From an uncultured Fibrobacteria bacterium (GTDB taxonomy: Bacteria > Fibrobacterota > Fibrobacteria > UBA11236), in the NCBI GenBank assembly GCA_963716395.1, contig OY970309.1:2944001-3008000 (forward strand): DNA of 64,000 nt, read 5' to 3'. Under the pieces are notes generated by a model, which was given only the letters and a program-made list of their open reading frames with translations, was not told the DNA's origin and searched no databases. Positions 19,565-29,316 of the stretch are shown here, piece after piece (within the stretch, counting starts at the first letter, position 1; each line of letters begins with the position of its first letter). The translations under genes and the position numbers were made by a program.

Positions 19565-21006
19565 ACCGAATCCTTTATTAGTTGTCCGCGCAGAATGATC
19601 CCGGAGCGAGCCGTAATGCGCACGTTGACCAAGGTACCTTGGCCGAGTCCGGGGGCTTGCGGCACCACCACTTTTTTGAAGTTGCGGGTTTTGCCCACCC
19701 ATTCGGCGGCATTGCGCGCCGATCGATCTTCCAGTAGCACTTCGACTTCGCGGCCGATATGCGCGTCGAGAATCTCTTCGGTGATGCCCATTTGCAATTC
19801 GATGACCTGCTCCAGCCGCTGCTGCTTTTCGGCGGCGCTTAGGGTTTCGGCTTCTGCGGCCGCCGGCGTTCCCAGACGCGGGGAATAGGAAAACATGAAG
19901 GCGTGATCGAAGCGCACCAAGCGCATCATCTCCACGGTGGCGGCGAAATCGTTTTCGCTTTCGCCCACGAAGCCGGTGATGATGTCGGTGGTGAGGGCGA
20001 GATCCGGCACTGCGGTGCGTAGGGCCGACACGATATCGAGGTATTGCCGGGCCGAATATTGGCGCCGCATTTTTCGCAGCATGGCGTCGGACCCCGATTG
20101 CAGGGGCAAATGCACGTGGTTGCAGACCTTGTCGCATTCGGCCAGGGCGCGAATGGTGTCGGCGTCGAAATGCCGCGGGTGCGGCGAGGTGAATCGGATG
20201 CGCCACAGTCCGTCGACTGCATTGAGACGCCACAGCAGGCCGGCGAAAGAGACCTCCGGCGTGCGGTAGGAGTTGACCGTTTGCCCCAGCAGGCACACTT
20301 CGCGCACGCCTGCGCGCACTGCGTGGCGCACCTCCGCGAGAATATCTTCGACGTCGCGGCTGCGCTCCTTGCCGCGCACCGTGGGTACGATGCAATACGC
20401 GCATTGCTTGTTGCAGCCGCGCATGATGGTGATGTGCGCGGCGGTGGATCCGTCGAGGCGGGCCGTGAGGCCGGAATAATTCTCGAAATCATCCTGTTCG
20501 GTGAGTACCACCGGTTTCCGCATGCGGCTTTCCGCCTTCCGTAACCCTTGGCTCGCGCGCGGAATTGTGGGCATGGGAAGCGGGAGGCGATCCCCAGCTT
20601 CGGGGAGTAAGGGCGAGGAGGAGGGCGGGAACAGCAACCCCTCCAGCTTTCCGTAATTATCCGGTCCGACCACATAGTCGACATGCTCCAGGCTTTCCGA
20701 AATGCGTTCGCCATGATTCTGCGCCATGCAGCCGACCACGGCGATGCGCACGCCCGGCCGCACCCGCTTATAATGCCGCATGCTGGCAATGCGGGCATAG
20801 GCCCGTTCTTCGGCGCCGCCGCGAATGCTGCAGGTGTTGACGATGAGCACGTCGGCCTGGGCCGGATCTTCGGTATGCGACAGGCCGCGCTGTTCCAACA
20901 TCGTGCCGATGAGATTGGAGTCGTATTCATTCATCTGGCAGCCGAAGGTGGCCAGATGGTATTTCGACGCTGTTCGAGGCAGCGAAGCGGCGGTCGTTTC
21001 ACCCAT
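19561..21006 (-). CDS. miaB: tRNA-2-methylthio-N6-dimethylallyladenosine synthase
   Basis: TFGCQMNEYDS, NTCSIR, CNKQCAYC radical SAM motif, FTSPHP, HLPLQSGS, C-terminal TRAM domain. Confidence 0.95.
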   Translation of the reverse strand: MGETTAASLPRTASKYHLATFGCQMNEYDSNLIGTMLEQRGLSHTEDPAQADVLIVNTCSIRGGAEERAYARIASMRHYKRVRPGVRIAVVGCMAQNHGERISESLEHVDYVVGPDNYGKLEGLLFPPSSSPLLPEAGDRLPLPMPTIPRASQGLRKAESRMRKPVVLTEQDDFENYSGLTARLDGSTAAHITIMRGCNKQCAYCIVPTVRGKERSRDVEDILAEVRHAVRAGVREVCLLGQTVNSYRTPEVSFAGLLWRLNAVDGLWRIRFTSPHPRHFDADTIRALAECDKVCNHVHLPLQSGSDAMLRKMRRQYSARQYLDIVSALRTAVPDLALTTDIITGFVGESENDFAATVEMMRLVRFDHAFMFSYSPRLGTPAAAEAETLSAAEKQQRLEQVIELQMGITEEILDAHIGREVEVLLEDRSARNAAEWVGKTRNFKKVVVPQAPGLGQGTLVNVRITARSGIILRGQLIKDSV

Positions 21007-21703
21007 GCGCCACCGCCCCATCACGCTGCCAAGCGGCGATCACGGCCAACACTTCTTCGAGATGCGCGACGGCGGTTTCGGGCGCGGCGGCCTTCAAGGC
21101 CGCGCGGTTCCCCATGCCGCCGGTAAAAGCGATGAAACGGCAGGCCCCGGCCTGGGCGGTGCGGAAATCTTGGAGGCTATCGCCGATGAGCACGGTTTCT
21201 TCGGGCTTGGCTTTCAAGGTCGATATAATATATGCCAATCCTTCGGGGTCGGGCTTCTTGGCCCAAGGCCCGTCGCCCCCGAGCACCAATTCGAAATGCG
21301 CCAGCATTCCCAGGCCCTGGAGCAAGCGCAGGGCCGGTTCCAGGGGTTTGTTGGTGAGCACCGCCTTGCGGTAAACGGCGAGCTTTTCCAACAACAACAC
21401 CGCACCGGAATAGGGATGAGACTCATCCAGGCAATGCCGCCCATAATATTCGAGAAAATCGGCAAGGATTTCCGGCAGCAAAGAGGGAATGGCTGCGGCG
21501 TCGAAGCCGGCGGCGCGCATCGAATGGCGCAGCAAATCCTCGGCGCCGTCGCCGACAAAAGATATCACGGTCTCCAAAGGCAGCGTAGGTTTGTCGCGTG
21601 CCGACAAAACGTGGTTGACGGCCTGCGCCAAATCGCGGCGGGTATCGGCCAAGGTACCGTCGAGGTCGAAAACAAGTAACTTTACGGGTCGAAATTCATC
21701 CAT
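20999..21703 (-). CDS. HAD-family phosphatase (phosphoglycolate phosphatase-like)
   Basis: FDLDGTL, LTNKP, KKPDP, IGDS..D motifs. Confidence 0.88.
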   Translation of the reverse strand: MDEFRPVKLLVFDLDGTLADTRRDLAQAVNHVLSARDKPTLPLETVISFVGDGAEDLLRHSMRAAGFDAAAIPSLLPEILADFLEYYGRHCLDESHPYSGAVLLLEKLAVYRKAVLTNKPLEPALRLLQGLGMLAHFELVLGGDGPWAKKPDPEGLAYIISTLKAKPEETVLIGDSLQDFRTAQAGACRFIAFTGGMGNRAALKAAAPETAVAHLEEVLAVIAAWQRDGAVAHG

Positions 21704-21726
21704 CGCACAAAGTTAACCCCATCGCC

Positions 21727-22479
21727 ATGGCTTTGAAGATGACGACCAGCCGCCGCAACGGCTTGGTGGTGGCCCTGCACGACGTTTGGCCCGGCAATTT
21801 CGTCCAGATCGATCGCGACTTGCAATGGCTGCGCGCGGAGGGCGCGTGGGTTTCCGCCCTGCTGGTGGTGCCGTATTACCATGGCCAGATCCGGCTTTCC
21901 GCAGCGCCCGCTTTTTTGGAATGGCTGCGGAGTCAACGGGAGCAAGGGGTTTTGATCCTGGCCCATGGCTACCGGCATGTGCGCGCCGAACTTTGCGGCG
22001 AATCTATGGCGCGCAGCCTGTTCGGCCGCTGGATCAATGGGCGGGTGCAAAATGAAGGCGAGTTCACCGGGCTTTCCGCGTCGGACACGTCGGATTTATT
22101 GCGTCGCAGCTTGGATTTGTTTGCCCAAGCCAAAATCGAACCCGATGGCTTCGCCTTCCCGACCTGGATGGGCCGCCTTCCCCCGGGCTTCGGTTGGCCC
22201 GCATCCTGCCGGTTTTTCGAGGGTCGGCTTCAGCTTCGGGAATTGCAGGGCAACCGCCGACGCTGGGCGCCGCCGCTCACCTTCGGCCGCGACGCCAAAA
22301 CCCAGCGTCTTTTCAGCTATGGCGGCCGCCTTTGGCTGCGTTTTCTTCGCCGCCAAAAACTGGTTCGCCTGGCTTTGCATCCCGGTGATTTGGAAGCGCC
22401 CGCAGCGCGCGACATCGTGCAATCCTTGGTGCGCGGGGGCGAACCCATCACCTATGCCCAGGCACTGGGCGAAAACTGA
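21727..22479 (+). CDS. Polysaccharide deacetylase-like protein (DUF2334)
   Basis: VALHDV, LLVVP, HGYRH, EGEF, RLALHP.D motifs. Confidence 0.75.
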   Translation: MALKMTTSRRNGLVVALHDVWPGNFVQIDRDLQWLRAEGAWVSALLVVPYYHGQIRLSAAPAFLEWLRSQREQGVLILAHGYRHVRAELCGESMARSLFGRWINGRVQNEGEFTGLSASDTSDLLRRSLDLFAQAKIEPDGFAFPTWMGRLPPGFGWPASCRFFEGRLQLRELQGNRRRWAPPLTFGRDAKTQRLFSYGGRLWLRFLRRQKLVRLALHPGDLEAPAARDIVQSLVRGGEPITYAQALGEN

Positions 22480-22498
22480 TGTTGCTAAGTTGCCCGGC

Positions 22499-22933
22499 AT
22501 GTGCCGGTTTCCCCCTCGGTTTTTAGCGCCTGGGCTTTGGTTGCTGCTGGCCGCCGCCGCGGCCCAACCTTCGCTTGCGCAAACTGCGGAAGTCGGCGGT
22601 GCCAATTCCGTGCAGCGCATGGACGACGAGCCGTTGCCGGAAAATGAGCGTGCGCCCCTGCTCCTGTTCGGCGCGGGATCGCTGGTCGTGGGCGGAATTT
22701 TGTTCGGCATCGAAGCCACCTCTTCGAATCGGAACGACATTCAGGTGCTCGGCAAAAATTCAGATGTGAATTTCGCGATTCTCATGGCCGGGCTCTCGGC
22801 CGCAACCGCGGGGTGGTCCTATTTTCATTTCGGCCATGGCCGGGCGAGCGCTGTTGCTGCCGTGATTCCCGCTGCCAACCGCAGCGTTTATACAGCCGAA
22901 TTCCGCCTGCGTTTTTCGCCTCCGGGCGGATGA
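22499..22933 (+). CDS. Hypothetical membrane protein
   Basis: 3' part of track ORF 21965-22933; signal peptide plus two TM segments from ATG 22499. Confidence 0.55.
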   Translation: MCRFPPRFLAPGLWLLLAAAAAQPSLAQTAEVGGANSVQRMDDEPLPENERAPLLLFGAGSLVVGGILFGIEATSSNRNDIQVLGKNSDVNFAILMAGLSAATAGWSYFHFGHGRASAVAAVIPAANRSVYTAEFRLRFSPPGG

Positions 22934-23027
22934 ACGCCCCCGCGGTCCATCTCGGGCGGATCAACCCGTTCTGCCCGCGCGAGTTAGATTTCAAATTCCG
23001 TCGCGGTCATGGCCGTAGACGGAGCTT

Positions 23028-24065
23028 ATGACCGGCGAAGAACTGCATGCCAAATTGCGTGAAGTGCGCATCAACGGCGCGGCGTGCACCTATACCTTGG
23101 AAAAATGCGAGGTGCTGGCGCCACTGATTAACGCCATCAATACTTTGAAGAAGGAAAAGCACGCCGTGATTTTGGCGCATTCCTATGTGGCTCCTGAAAT
23201 CGTATTCGGTGTGGCCGATTTCAGCGGTGATTCGTACGGCTTGGCCAAAGATGCGGCCGGCACCAAGGCCGACACCATCGTGTTTGCGGCCGTGCGCTTC
23301 ATGGGCGAGACCGCCAAAATTCTGAATCCGGAAAAAACCGTGCTGCTGCCCGGCACCGACACCGGCTGCACCTTGGCCGATGCGGTCACGGGCGAGGCCG
23401 TGCGCGCCGCGCGGGAGAAATTTCCCGATCACACCTTCGTCTGTTATATCAACACCACGGCCGAGGTGAAGGCCGAATGCGACGTTTGCGTCACGTCTTC
23501 GAATGTGTACGACATCGTGGCCGCCTTGCCCAACGACAAGATTTTTTTTCTGCCGGATAAGTTGATGGGCCAGAACCTGCGCGAGGAAATGGAGCGCCGC
23601 GGTCTGCGCAAAAGCATCGAATTGCATCCGGGTGTATGCTACGTGCATGAGCAATACGATCCGGAAATGGTGCGCTATCTGCGCGTGAAATTTCCCGGCG
23701 TCAAGGTGTTGAGCCACCCGGAATGCAACCCCGCCGTGCTGGCCGCCTCGGATTACGTGGGCAGCACCAGCCAGATGCTGAAGTACGTCTCCGCCTCGCG
23801 CGAGAAGCAGTTCGTGATGCTTACCGAATGCGGCTTGTCTTCGCGGCTCATGGTGGAATATCCCGACCGGCAATTCGTGGGATCCTGCACCTTCTGCCGT
23901 TACATGAAGTCCAACTCCCTGGAAGGGATTCTGCGCGTGCTGCTGAAACCGCGGCCCGAAGACCGGGTCGAATTACCCGAAGACGTGCGGTTGCGCGCCA
24001 AGGGTTGCATCGACGCTATGTTCCGATACGCCGAAGCCAAAACTCCGGCCGCCACCTTGGGGTGA
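23028..24065 (+). CDS. nadA: Quinolinate synthase
   Basis: ILAHSY, GDSY.L, FMGETAKILNP, GC.LAD, YINT, C.VH, HPEC, C.YMK. Confidence 0.95.
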   Translation: MTGEELHAKLREVRINGAACTYTLEKCEVLAPLINAINTLKKEKHAVILAHSYVAPEIVFGVADFSGDSYGLAKDAAGTKADTIVFAAVRFMGETAKILNPEKTVLLPGTDTGCTLADAVTGEAVRAAREKFPDHTFVCYINTTAEVKAECDVCVTSSNVYDIVAALPNDKIFFLPDKLMGQNLREEMERRGLRKSIELHPGVCYVHEQYDPEMVRYLRVKFPGVKVLSHPECNPAVLAASDYVGSTSQMLKYVSASREKQFVMLTECGLSSRLMVEYPDRQFVGSCTFCRYMKSNSLEGILRVLLKPRPEDRVELPEDVRLRAKGCIDAMFRYAEAKTPAATLG

Positions 24066-24068
24066 TCC

Positions 24069-24668
24069 ATGACCAAGTCCGGTGAGATAAGCCCAACGGC
24101 CGCGTTTGGAGTCGGCGATGCGGGACAGGGGCCGGAAAGACGGCGCCTCATCGGACCCGGCATCGCCATCGGCGTACTGTCGGCGGCGGCGTTGGCCTTT
24201 TTGTTTTATCTGCTGTATGGACGCCACGTGGCGGCGGACGCCAAAGAGCGGCTGGGATTTTTGCCCGCGGTGAACGCGTGCTGCAATGCCGCCACCGTCG
24301 TCTTGATCCTGCGTGGGTTGCGGGCGATTCGCCGCGGCCACGTTATGCGCCACCGCCAGAGCATGCTCGGGGCTTTCGCGGCCTCCACGATTTTTCTCAT
24401 CGGTTATATCACCTACCATGCCGTGCACGGCGACACGCTTTTCCCCGGTCGCGGATGGGTACGTCCGGTTTATTTTTCGATTCTGATTTCCCATATCACC
24501 CTTTCGGCCGTGGCGTTGCCCATGGTATTGACCACCTTCTACCTGGCACTGACGCGCCGTTTCGCGGTGCACAAAAAGTGGGCGCGTTTCACCTATCCGG
24601 TTTGGCTGTACGTCTCGGCCACCGGTGTGCTGGTGTTTCTGTTTTTGAAGGTATACACGTCCGCTTAA
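24069..24668 (+). CDS. DUF420 family membrane protein
   Basis: LPAVNA..N, H...M..AF..S..FL..Y..YH, IL.SHI.L, HKK.AR.T.P.WLYVS.TG. Confidence 0.88.
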   Translation: MTKSGEISPTAAFGVGDAGQGPERRRLIGPGIAIGVLSAAALAFLFYLLYGRHVAADAKERLGFLPAVNACCNAATVVLILRGLRAIRRGHVMRHRQSMLGAFAASTIFLIGYITYHAVHGDTLFPGRGWVRPVYFSILISHITLSAVALPMVLTTFYLALTRRFAVHKKWARFTYPVWLYVSATGVLVFLFLKVYTSA

Positions 24669-24680
24669 AGGCGAGAAAAT

Positions 24681-24864
24681 CGCCACGCCCTTCGACCGGT
24701 TCGACACCCCTCGACAGGCTCACGGGCCGGGCTCACCGACCGAAGGGCGTGGCGGGTCAGCCTGATCCCCGAGCCCATCGAGGGATGGTTCCCGAATTCG
24801 AAGTATGCAGTAGGGTATCCACCGCCCCCTTTTCGGCCGGTGAGCTTGTCGAACCGGTCGAGGG
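24681..24864. repeat. Cluster of nested REP-like inverted repeats (CCCT(T)CGACAxGCTCA / TGAGCTTGTCGA core)
   Basis: Perfect 14-bp IR CGCCACGCCCTTCG (24681-24694) / CGAAGGGCGTGGCG (24741-24754); related units at ~24688, ~24707, 24767-24784 and 24837-24864 in both orientations; lies between convergent genes. Confidence 0.7.
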
Positions 24865-24923
24865 ATATCAAACCGGCCAAGGTTGTCGCGTTCTCCCCCT
24901 CGAATAAAAAATCGAGAATTAAG

Positions 24924-25559
24924 TCAAGGACCGATGATGACAACGAGTTTGCCCGGTCCGTGCACCCCCAGCGTGAGGGATAATTCGATGTCGGCCGTGC
25001 GGCTCGGTCCGGTGATGAAGACCAGATAGGGGAGGGGCGACCGGCTTTCGATCTGCTCGAAGACTTCGCCCATGCCGGTGAAGATGGCGGCGTCGCAGAC
25101 CACGGCCACATGCACATACGGCAACAACGATGCGGCGCGCGGCTTGTCCGCAGCCGCGATCAGGGCCAGCGATCCGGTTTCGGCGACGGCAGCTTCGCAG
25201 CCGGTGAGGCCGATGTCGGCCGTGGCCTGATCGGCTTGGGAATCTTTTCCGAAAAAAACTTTTTCCCCGCTCAGGCAGGCGCCGAGCCCATAGGGCAGGG
25301 CCGAAGCATCCCAACTCAAAACCGATTTGCCCGTGATGAGAGTTTTGACGCGCGCTTGCACGGCGGCTTCCGAAGCTTCGACAAAAACCTCGACGCCCAA
25401 GGCTTCCAACTCCTGACGCAGCCGCGCGCGGCGGCCGGCGGCATCAAGTTGCGGACGGACATAGCGGTTGGGCAAATCGGCTGCAGGCTCCGGCAGCTGG
25501 GCCCGAACCTGCGCCCGGCGCAGGCGCGCCAAAATCGCCGCACGCGCTTCATCGGCCAT
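24924..25559 (-). CDS. lutC: Lactate utilization protein C (LUD domain)
   Basis: AETGSL, SLLP..H, ITGPSRTADIEL.L..GVHGP. Confidence 0.9.
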   Translation of the reverse strand: MADEARAAILARLRRAQVRAQLPEPAADLPNRYVRPQLDAAGRRARLRQELEALGVEVFVEASEAAVQARVKTLITGKSVLSWDASALPYGLGACLSGEKVFFGKDSQADQATADIGLTGCEAAVAETGSLALIAAADKPRAASLLPYVHVAVVCDAAIFTGMGEVFEQIESRSPLPYLVFITGPSRTADIELSLTLGVHGPGKLVVIIGP

Positions 25560-26961
25560 GGGGTTTTCCTACGGTCGATCGCTTTTGCCAAAGCTGCTGG
25601 AACGATTGCGGAGCCGGCGCCTTCAGGTCACGGAATCGCGTCCAGCCTCCGGCCAACCCGGGCAGTCGGTGAATCCATCCCGTCCGCCAAATGGGTTTGG
25701 CCAGCGCGGCGCCCCAGCGCGTCACGGCCCGGTGCCAGCGCGGGTGCGAAGCCACGAAACCGAAAACCCAGACACCGGCGCGCAGCAGCGCGGGGACCTC
25801 TTCCTCTTCCACCGCGGTTTTGCGCAATTGCAGCAGCATGCGCGGAATGTCGAGGCGCACGGGGCATACTTCGCGGCAGGCGCCGCAGAGGGAACTGGCG
25901 TCGGGCAAGGCCTTCCACGGACCCACACCCCTTAACCCGGGCGTGACGATGGATCCGATGGGCCCGGGATAGGTGTCGCCGTAGGCGTGGCCGCCGATAT
26001 TCTTGTACACCGGGCAGGCGTTGAGGCAGGCGCCACAGCGGATGCAACCCAGGATTTCAGCCAGCGGCCCCCCCAACATTCCGCTACGTCCGTTGTCCAG
26101 GAGCACGACGTGCATTTCTTCGGGACCGTCGCTTTCACCGGGCCGGCGCGGGCCGGTGAGTACCGAAGTGTAGGTGGTGATTTTCTGGCCTGTGGCCGAA
26201 CGCGCCAGAATCTGGATCATAAGGTCGAGATCGGCGAAGTTGCGCACCAGTTTTTCCACGCCCATCACGGCTACGTGTACGCGGGGCAAGGTCGTGACCA
26301 GGCGGGCGTTGCCTTCATTGCTCACCAGGCATATCGACCCGGTTTCCACCACGCCGAAGTTGGCACCGGTGATCCCCAAGTCGGCGGAGAGAAAGGCGGC
26401 GCGCAATTTGGCGCGGGCGATTTTGCACAGGGCTTCGGGATCGCTGGTGTAGGGCACGCTGATTTTGCGGTGCATCACCTGCCCGATGTTTTCCTTGGTC
26501 ATGTGGATGATGGGCAGAATGATGTGCGACGGCGTGGTGCCCGCCAATTGCACGATATATTCGCCCAGATCGGTTTCCAGCACTTCGAGCCCGGCGTCGA
26601 GCAGCTCATGGTTGAGATGGGTCTCTTCGGTGGCCATCGATTTTGATTTCACCGCGCGCTTGCAACCGCTCCGGCGCGCGATGCCGGTGACGATGCGGTT
26701 GGCCTCGCGGCCGTCGCGGGCCCAATGCACCTGCACGCCGTTGGCGACGAGATGGCGTGTGAAGGTTTCCAGGGCGCCGGCCAAATCGCGCAACAGATCC
26801 ATTTTGGCGCGGCGCGCCATGTCGCGCACCTGATCGGAGTTCTCGAGCGCGGCCAGGGCCGTGGTGCGGCGCGAGCCCAATCTTTCGGTGGCGCGGCCCA
26901 ACGCCGTTTTCAAATTGTCGTCGTGCAGCGCGGTTTCGACGCGTTCGAGAAAATGCGCCAT
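25549..26961 (-). CDS. lutB: Lactate utilization Fe-S protein B (LutB/LldF)
   Basis: VKSKSM.TEE, ETDLGEYI.QL, NEGNAR, CIRCGACLNACPVY, SSLCGAC.EVCPV; start reassigned to 26961. Confidence 0.93.
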   Translation of the reverse strand: MAHFLERVETALHDDNLKTALGRATERLGSRRTTALAALENSDQVRDMARRAKMDLLRDLAGALETFTRHLVANGVQVHWARDGREANRIVTGIARRSGCKRAVKSKSMATEETHLNHELLDAGLEVLETDLGEYIVQLAGTTPSHIILPIIHMTKENIGQVMHRKISVPYTSDPEALCKIARAKLRAAFLSADLGITGANFGVVETGSICLVSNEGNARLVTTLPRVHVAVMGVEKLVRNFADLDLMIQILARSATGQKITTYTSVLTGPRRPGESDGPEEMHVVLLDNGRSGMLGGPLAEILGCIRCGACLNACPVYKNIGGHAYGDTYPGPIGSIVTPGLRGVGPWKALPDASSLCGACREVCPVRLDIPRMLLQLRKTAVEEEEVPALLRAGVWVFGFVASHPRWHRAVTRWGAALAKPIWRTGWIHRLPGLAGGWTRFRDLKAPAPQSFQQLWQKRSTVGKPHGR

Positions 26962-27704
26962 CAGCTCAGCCCTTCGTCGAGAATCTGCGCCAGGTGTTTG
27001 ACCGGCAAGGCCGACCCGCGTCGGTGCAAACCTCCCTGCAAGTGCAGGAGGCAACCCATATCGCAACTGACCAGGGCTTCGGCTCCCGACGCCTGCAGGT
27101 GGCGCAATTTGTTTTCCAGCATGGCCCCGGAAATGGCCGCGTTCTTCACCGAGAACATGCCGCCGAATCCGCAGCATTCTTCGGAGTCGTGGACCTCGAC
27201 GCATTCCATTCCCGCGACGTTCGCCAGCAGGGCGCGCGCCTGTGTGCGCATTCCCAGGCCGCGCAAGAGGTGGCAGGAGGGGTGATAGGCCGCCTTGAGG
27301 CCCAGGCGCGCGCCCAAATCGGTGATGCCGAGCACGTCGACCAGGAACTGGGAGAATTCATAGCAGCGCCGCGACAAGGCCTGCGCCTTTTCCCGGTATG
27401 CGGCATCCTCTGCGAATAGTGCATGGTATTGGTGCACCAGCATGTCGGCGCAGGAGCCCGATGGAATAAGCACGGGATGCGGCGAGGCTGACAGAACATC
27501 GAGGGCGTGGCGCGCCACCTTGCGGGCGTCGGCGTGGAATCCGGCGTTGTAGGCGGGCTGGCCGCAGCAGGTTTGCCCTGCGGGTACTTCGACTTCGACG
27601 CTGAGCCGCTCCAGAATACGGACGACCGAAAGGCCCACTTCGGGGTAGATCTCGTTGACGATACAGGTGTGAAAAAGTTGGACTTTCTTCGGCGCAGCAT
27701 TCAC
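26961..27704 (-). CDS. lutA: Lactate utilization protein A (CCG domains)
   Basis: LF.TC, QTCCGQP..N.G, SGSC, YH.SCH..R, CCGFGG.F, D.GCL.H; GTG start at 27704. Confidence 0.92.
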   Translation of the reverse strand: MNAAPKKVQLFHTCIVNEIYPEVGLSVVRILERLSVEVEVPAGQTCCGQPAYNAGFHADARKVARHALDVLSASPHPVLIPSGSCADMLVHQYHALFAEDAAYREKAQALSRRCYEFSQFLVDVLGITDLGARLGLKAAYHPSCHLLRGLGMRTQARALLANVAGMECVEVHDSEECCGFGGMFSVKNAAISGAMLENKLRHLQASGAEALVSCDMGCLLHLQGGLHRRGSALPVKHLAQILDEGLS

Positions 27705-27732
27705 GGGGAGCCTGCGATTCTCGGCCGCAACT

Positions 27733-29316
27733 TCATGCCGGAGCCGGGCCGCTCGAAGCGCGCTCCACGAGCATGCCTTCGCATTCCCAAGGGTTGCCTT
27801 CGCGTCGAAGGTTCTTGAGCCGGGGTTCCAAGGCGTAGGCCAGCACCGTGCGCGCAATTTCAGCGAAGGAAAAATTGTAGCTGGTCATGTCGTTGTCGGT
27901 GGCGGCTTTGCTGTCATCGAAGCTGACGACGGAGATGTCTTTGGGAACGCGCACGCCCTTGCGCGCGAGATGATCATTGATGAGCAAGGCCATGCGGTCG
28001 TTGGCGGCCACGCAAGCCGTGAGTCCGGGTTCTTGCAGAATGGCGTTGAGAATGGGTTCCGCCCGAGACGCCATCTCGAGCTGGTGGATGTAGTTCTCCA
28101 CCGCCGCTTGCAGTTGTCCCAGGGCGTAACCGGCGTAATAGCGATGCCCGGCCTTCATGGAAGCCAAGCGAAAGGCTTCGGTTTGCCGAATGTAGTCGGC
28201 GACATCCGGCGGGGCCAACTGCGGGTCGACATGGTCGTCCAGCGCGTCGATGACGAATTTGCACACGCCCTCGCCGAAGCCCGCGCTCTGGTACGCGCGT
28301 ACGATGCCGCCGAAGCGGTATTGCGACCACAACTCTTTGTGGCAATAGGAAAGAAAGGCGATCTTGCGGTGTCCGAGCTTGAGCAGATATTGTCCCACCT
28401 GACGCCCCGCCTTGATACCGGCTACGGAGAAAATGCGGAAATCCGATCCCTGAATGTCGGATTGCTGTTGCAGCAGGCGGGAAACGGCGATATCGTTCGA
28501 GATTTCGACGATGGCCACGGGTTTACCCAAGTTGCCCGGCCGGGCCTGATACCGCTGCACTTCGCGCAGCACTTGCAGAACCTGGCCGATTTTACGCTCG
28601 GGGATCATGCAGGAGAGAAAGACGTAACCCAGCACCGAATGTTTCTCCTGCAGGGCCTTGAGCTGGTTGGCAAAATCGGCGCCGCGGCGTTCGGTATTGT
28701 AATGCAGCGCCATGATGGAGAGCATTTTTTTGCCGCCTTCGCGGCGCAGGGCTGAGAGGAAATCGGTATGGGGGTAGCCGCCGTAACTGATTTTGGAAGA
28801 GGCGTCGGCCGTGCTGATGAACACCAAGGTGGCATAGGTGCGGCGGTGACCGGGTACGCGGTAGGTTTTTTTGTGCGGAACCAGCACGCCCTCGGAAGCG
28901 ATGACCTCCAGCGTCTTGCGCATGGTCTTGTACGAAACGGCGTAGTTCTTTTCCAGGTCGAGCAGCGAGGGCAGGGGCTCGCCGGCCTGATAGACCCCGT
29001 TGAAGATATCGTTCTCGATTTGGGTTTTAAGACGCTGCCAGCGTTGCCCGCCTTCCCAGGTTTCGGAGCGCGGGTCTCCCTCTCCATGTTCGGGCGGATG
29101 CGGACCGATATAGGCGCCGCGGTTTTTGACCACGGAAAGCAGGCCTTCGTTTTTGAGGCTGCCCAGCGCCGCGCACATGGCGGCATTCGAAACCCGGGCG
29201 CGTCGCGCCAAAATGCGAATGGGCGGGAGCCGTTCGCCGCGCGCCCGCGTGCCGTTGTTGATTTCCTCGCGGAGATACAAGAGCGCTTTGTCAAAGGCGA
29301 GGTTGCTCGAAATCAT
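27733..29316 (-). CDS. Transcriptional regulator with two GntR-type wHTH domains and a C-terminal LacI/periplasmic-binding-protein-like domain
   Basis: GERLPPIR.LA..A.VS and GEPLPSL..L...Y.VS..T.RK HTHs; C-terminal LGHRKIAF, AANDRMA, G.RVP.DISVVSFDD. Confidence 0.85.
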   Translation of the reverse strand: MISSNLAFDKALLYLREEINNGTRARGERLPPIRILARRARVSNAAMCAALGSLKNEGLLSVVKNRGAYIGPHPPEHGEGDPRSETWEGGQRWQRLKTQIENDIFNGVYQAGEPLPSLLDLEKNYAVSYKTMRKTLEVIASEGVLVPHKKTYRVPGHRRTYATLVFISTADASSKISYGGYPHTDFLSALRREGGKKMLSIMALHYNTERRGADFANQLKALQEKHSVLGYVFLSCMIPERKIGQVLQVLREVQRYQARPGNLGKPVAIVEISNDIAVSRLLQQQSDIQGSDFRIFSVAGIKAGRQVGQYLLKLGHRKIAFLSYCHKELWSQYRFGGIVRAYQSAGFGEGVCKFVIDALDDHVDPQLAPPDVADYIRQTEAFRLASMKAGHRYYAGYALGQLQAAVENYIHQLEMASRAEPILNAILQEPGLTACVAANDRMALLINDHLARKGVRVPKDISVVSFDDSKAATDNDMTSYNFSFAEIARTVLAYALEPRLKNLRREGNPWECEGMLVERASSGPAPA

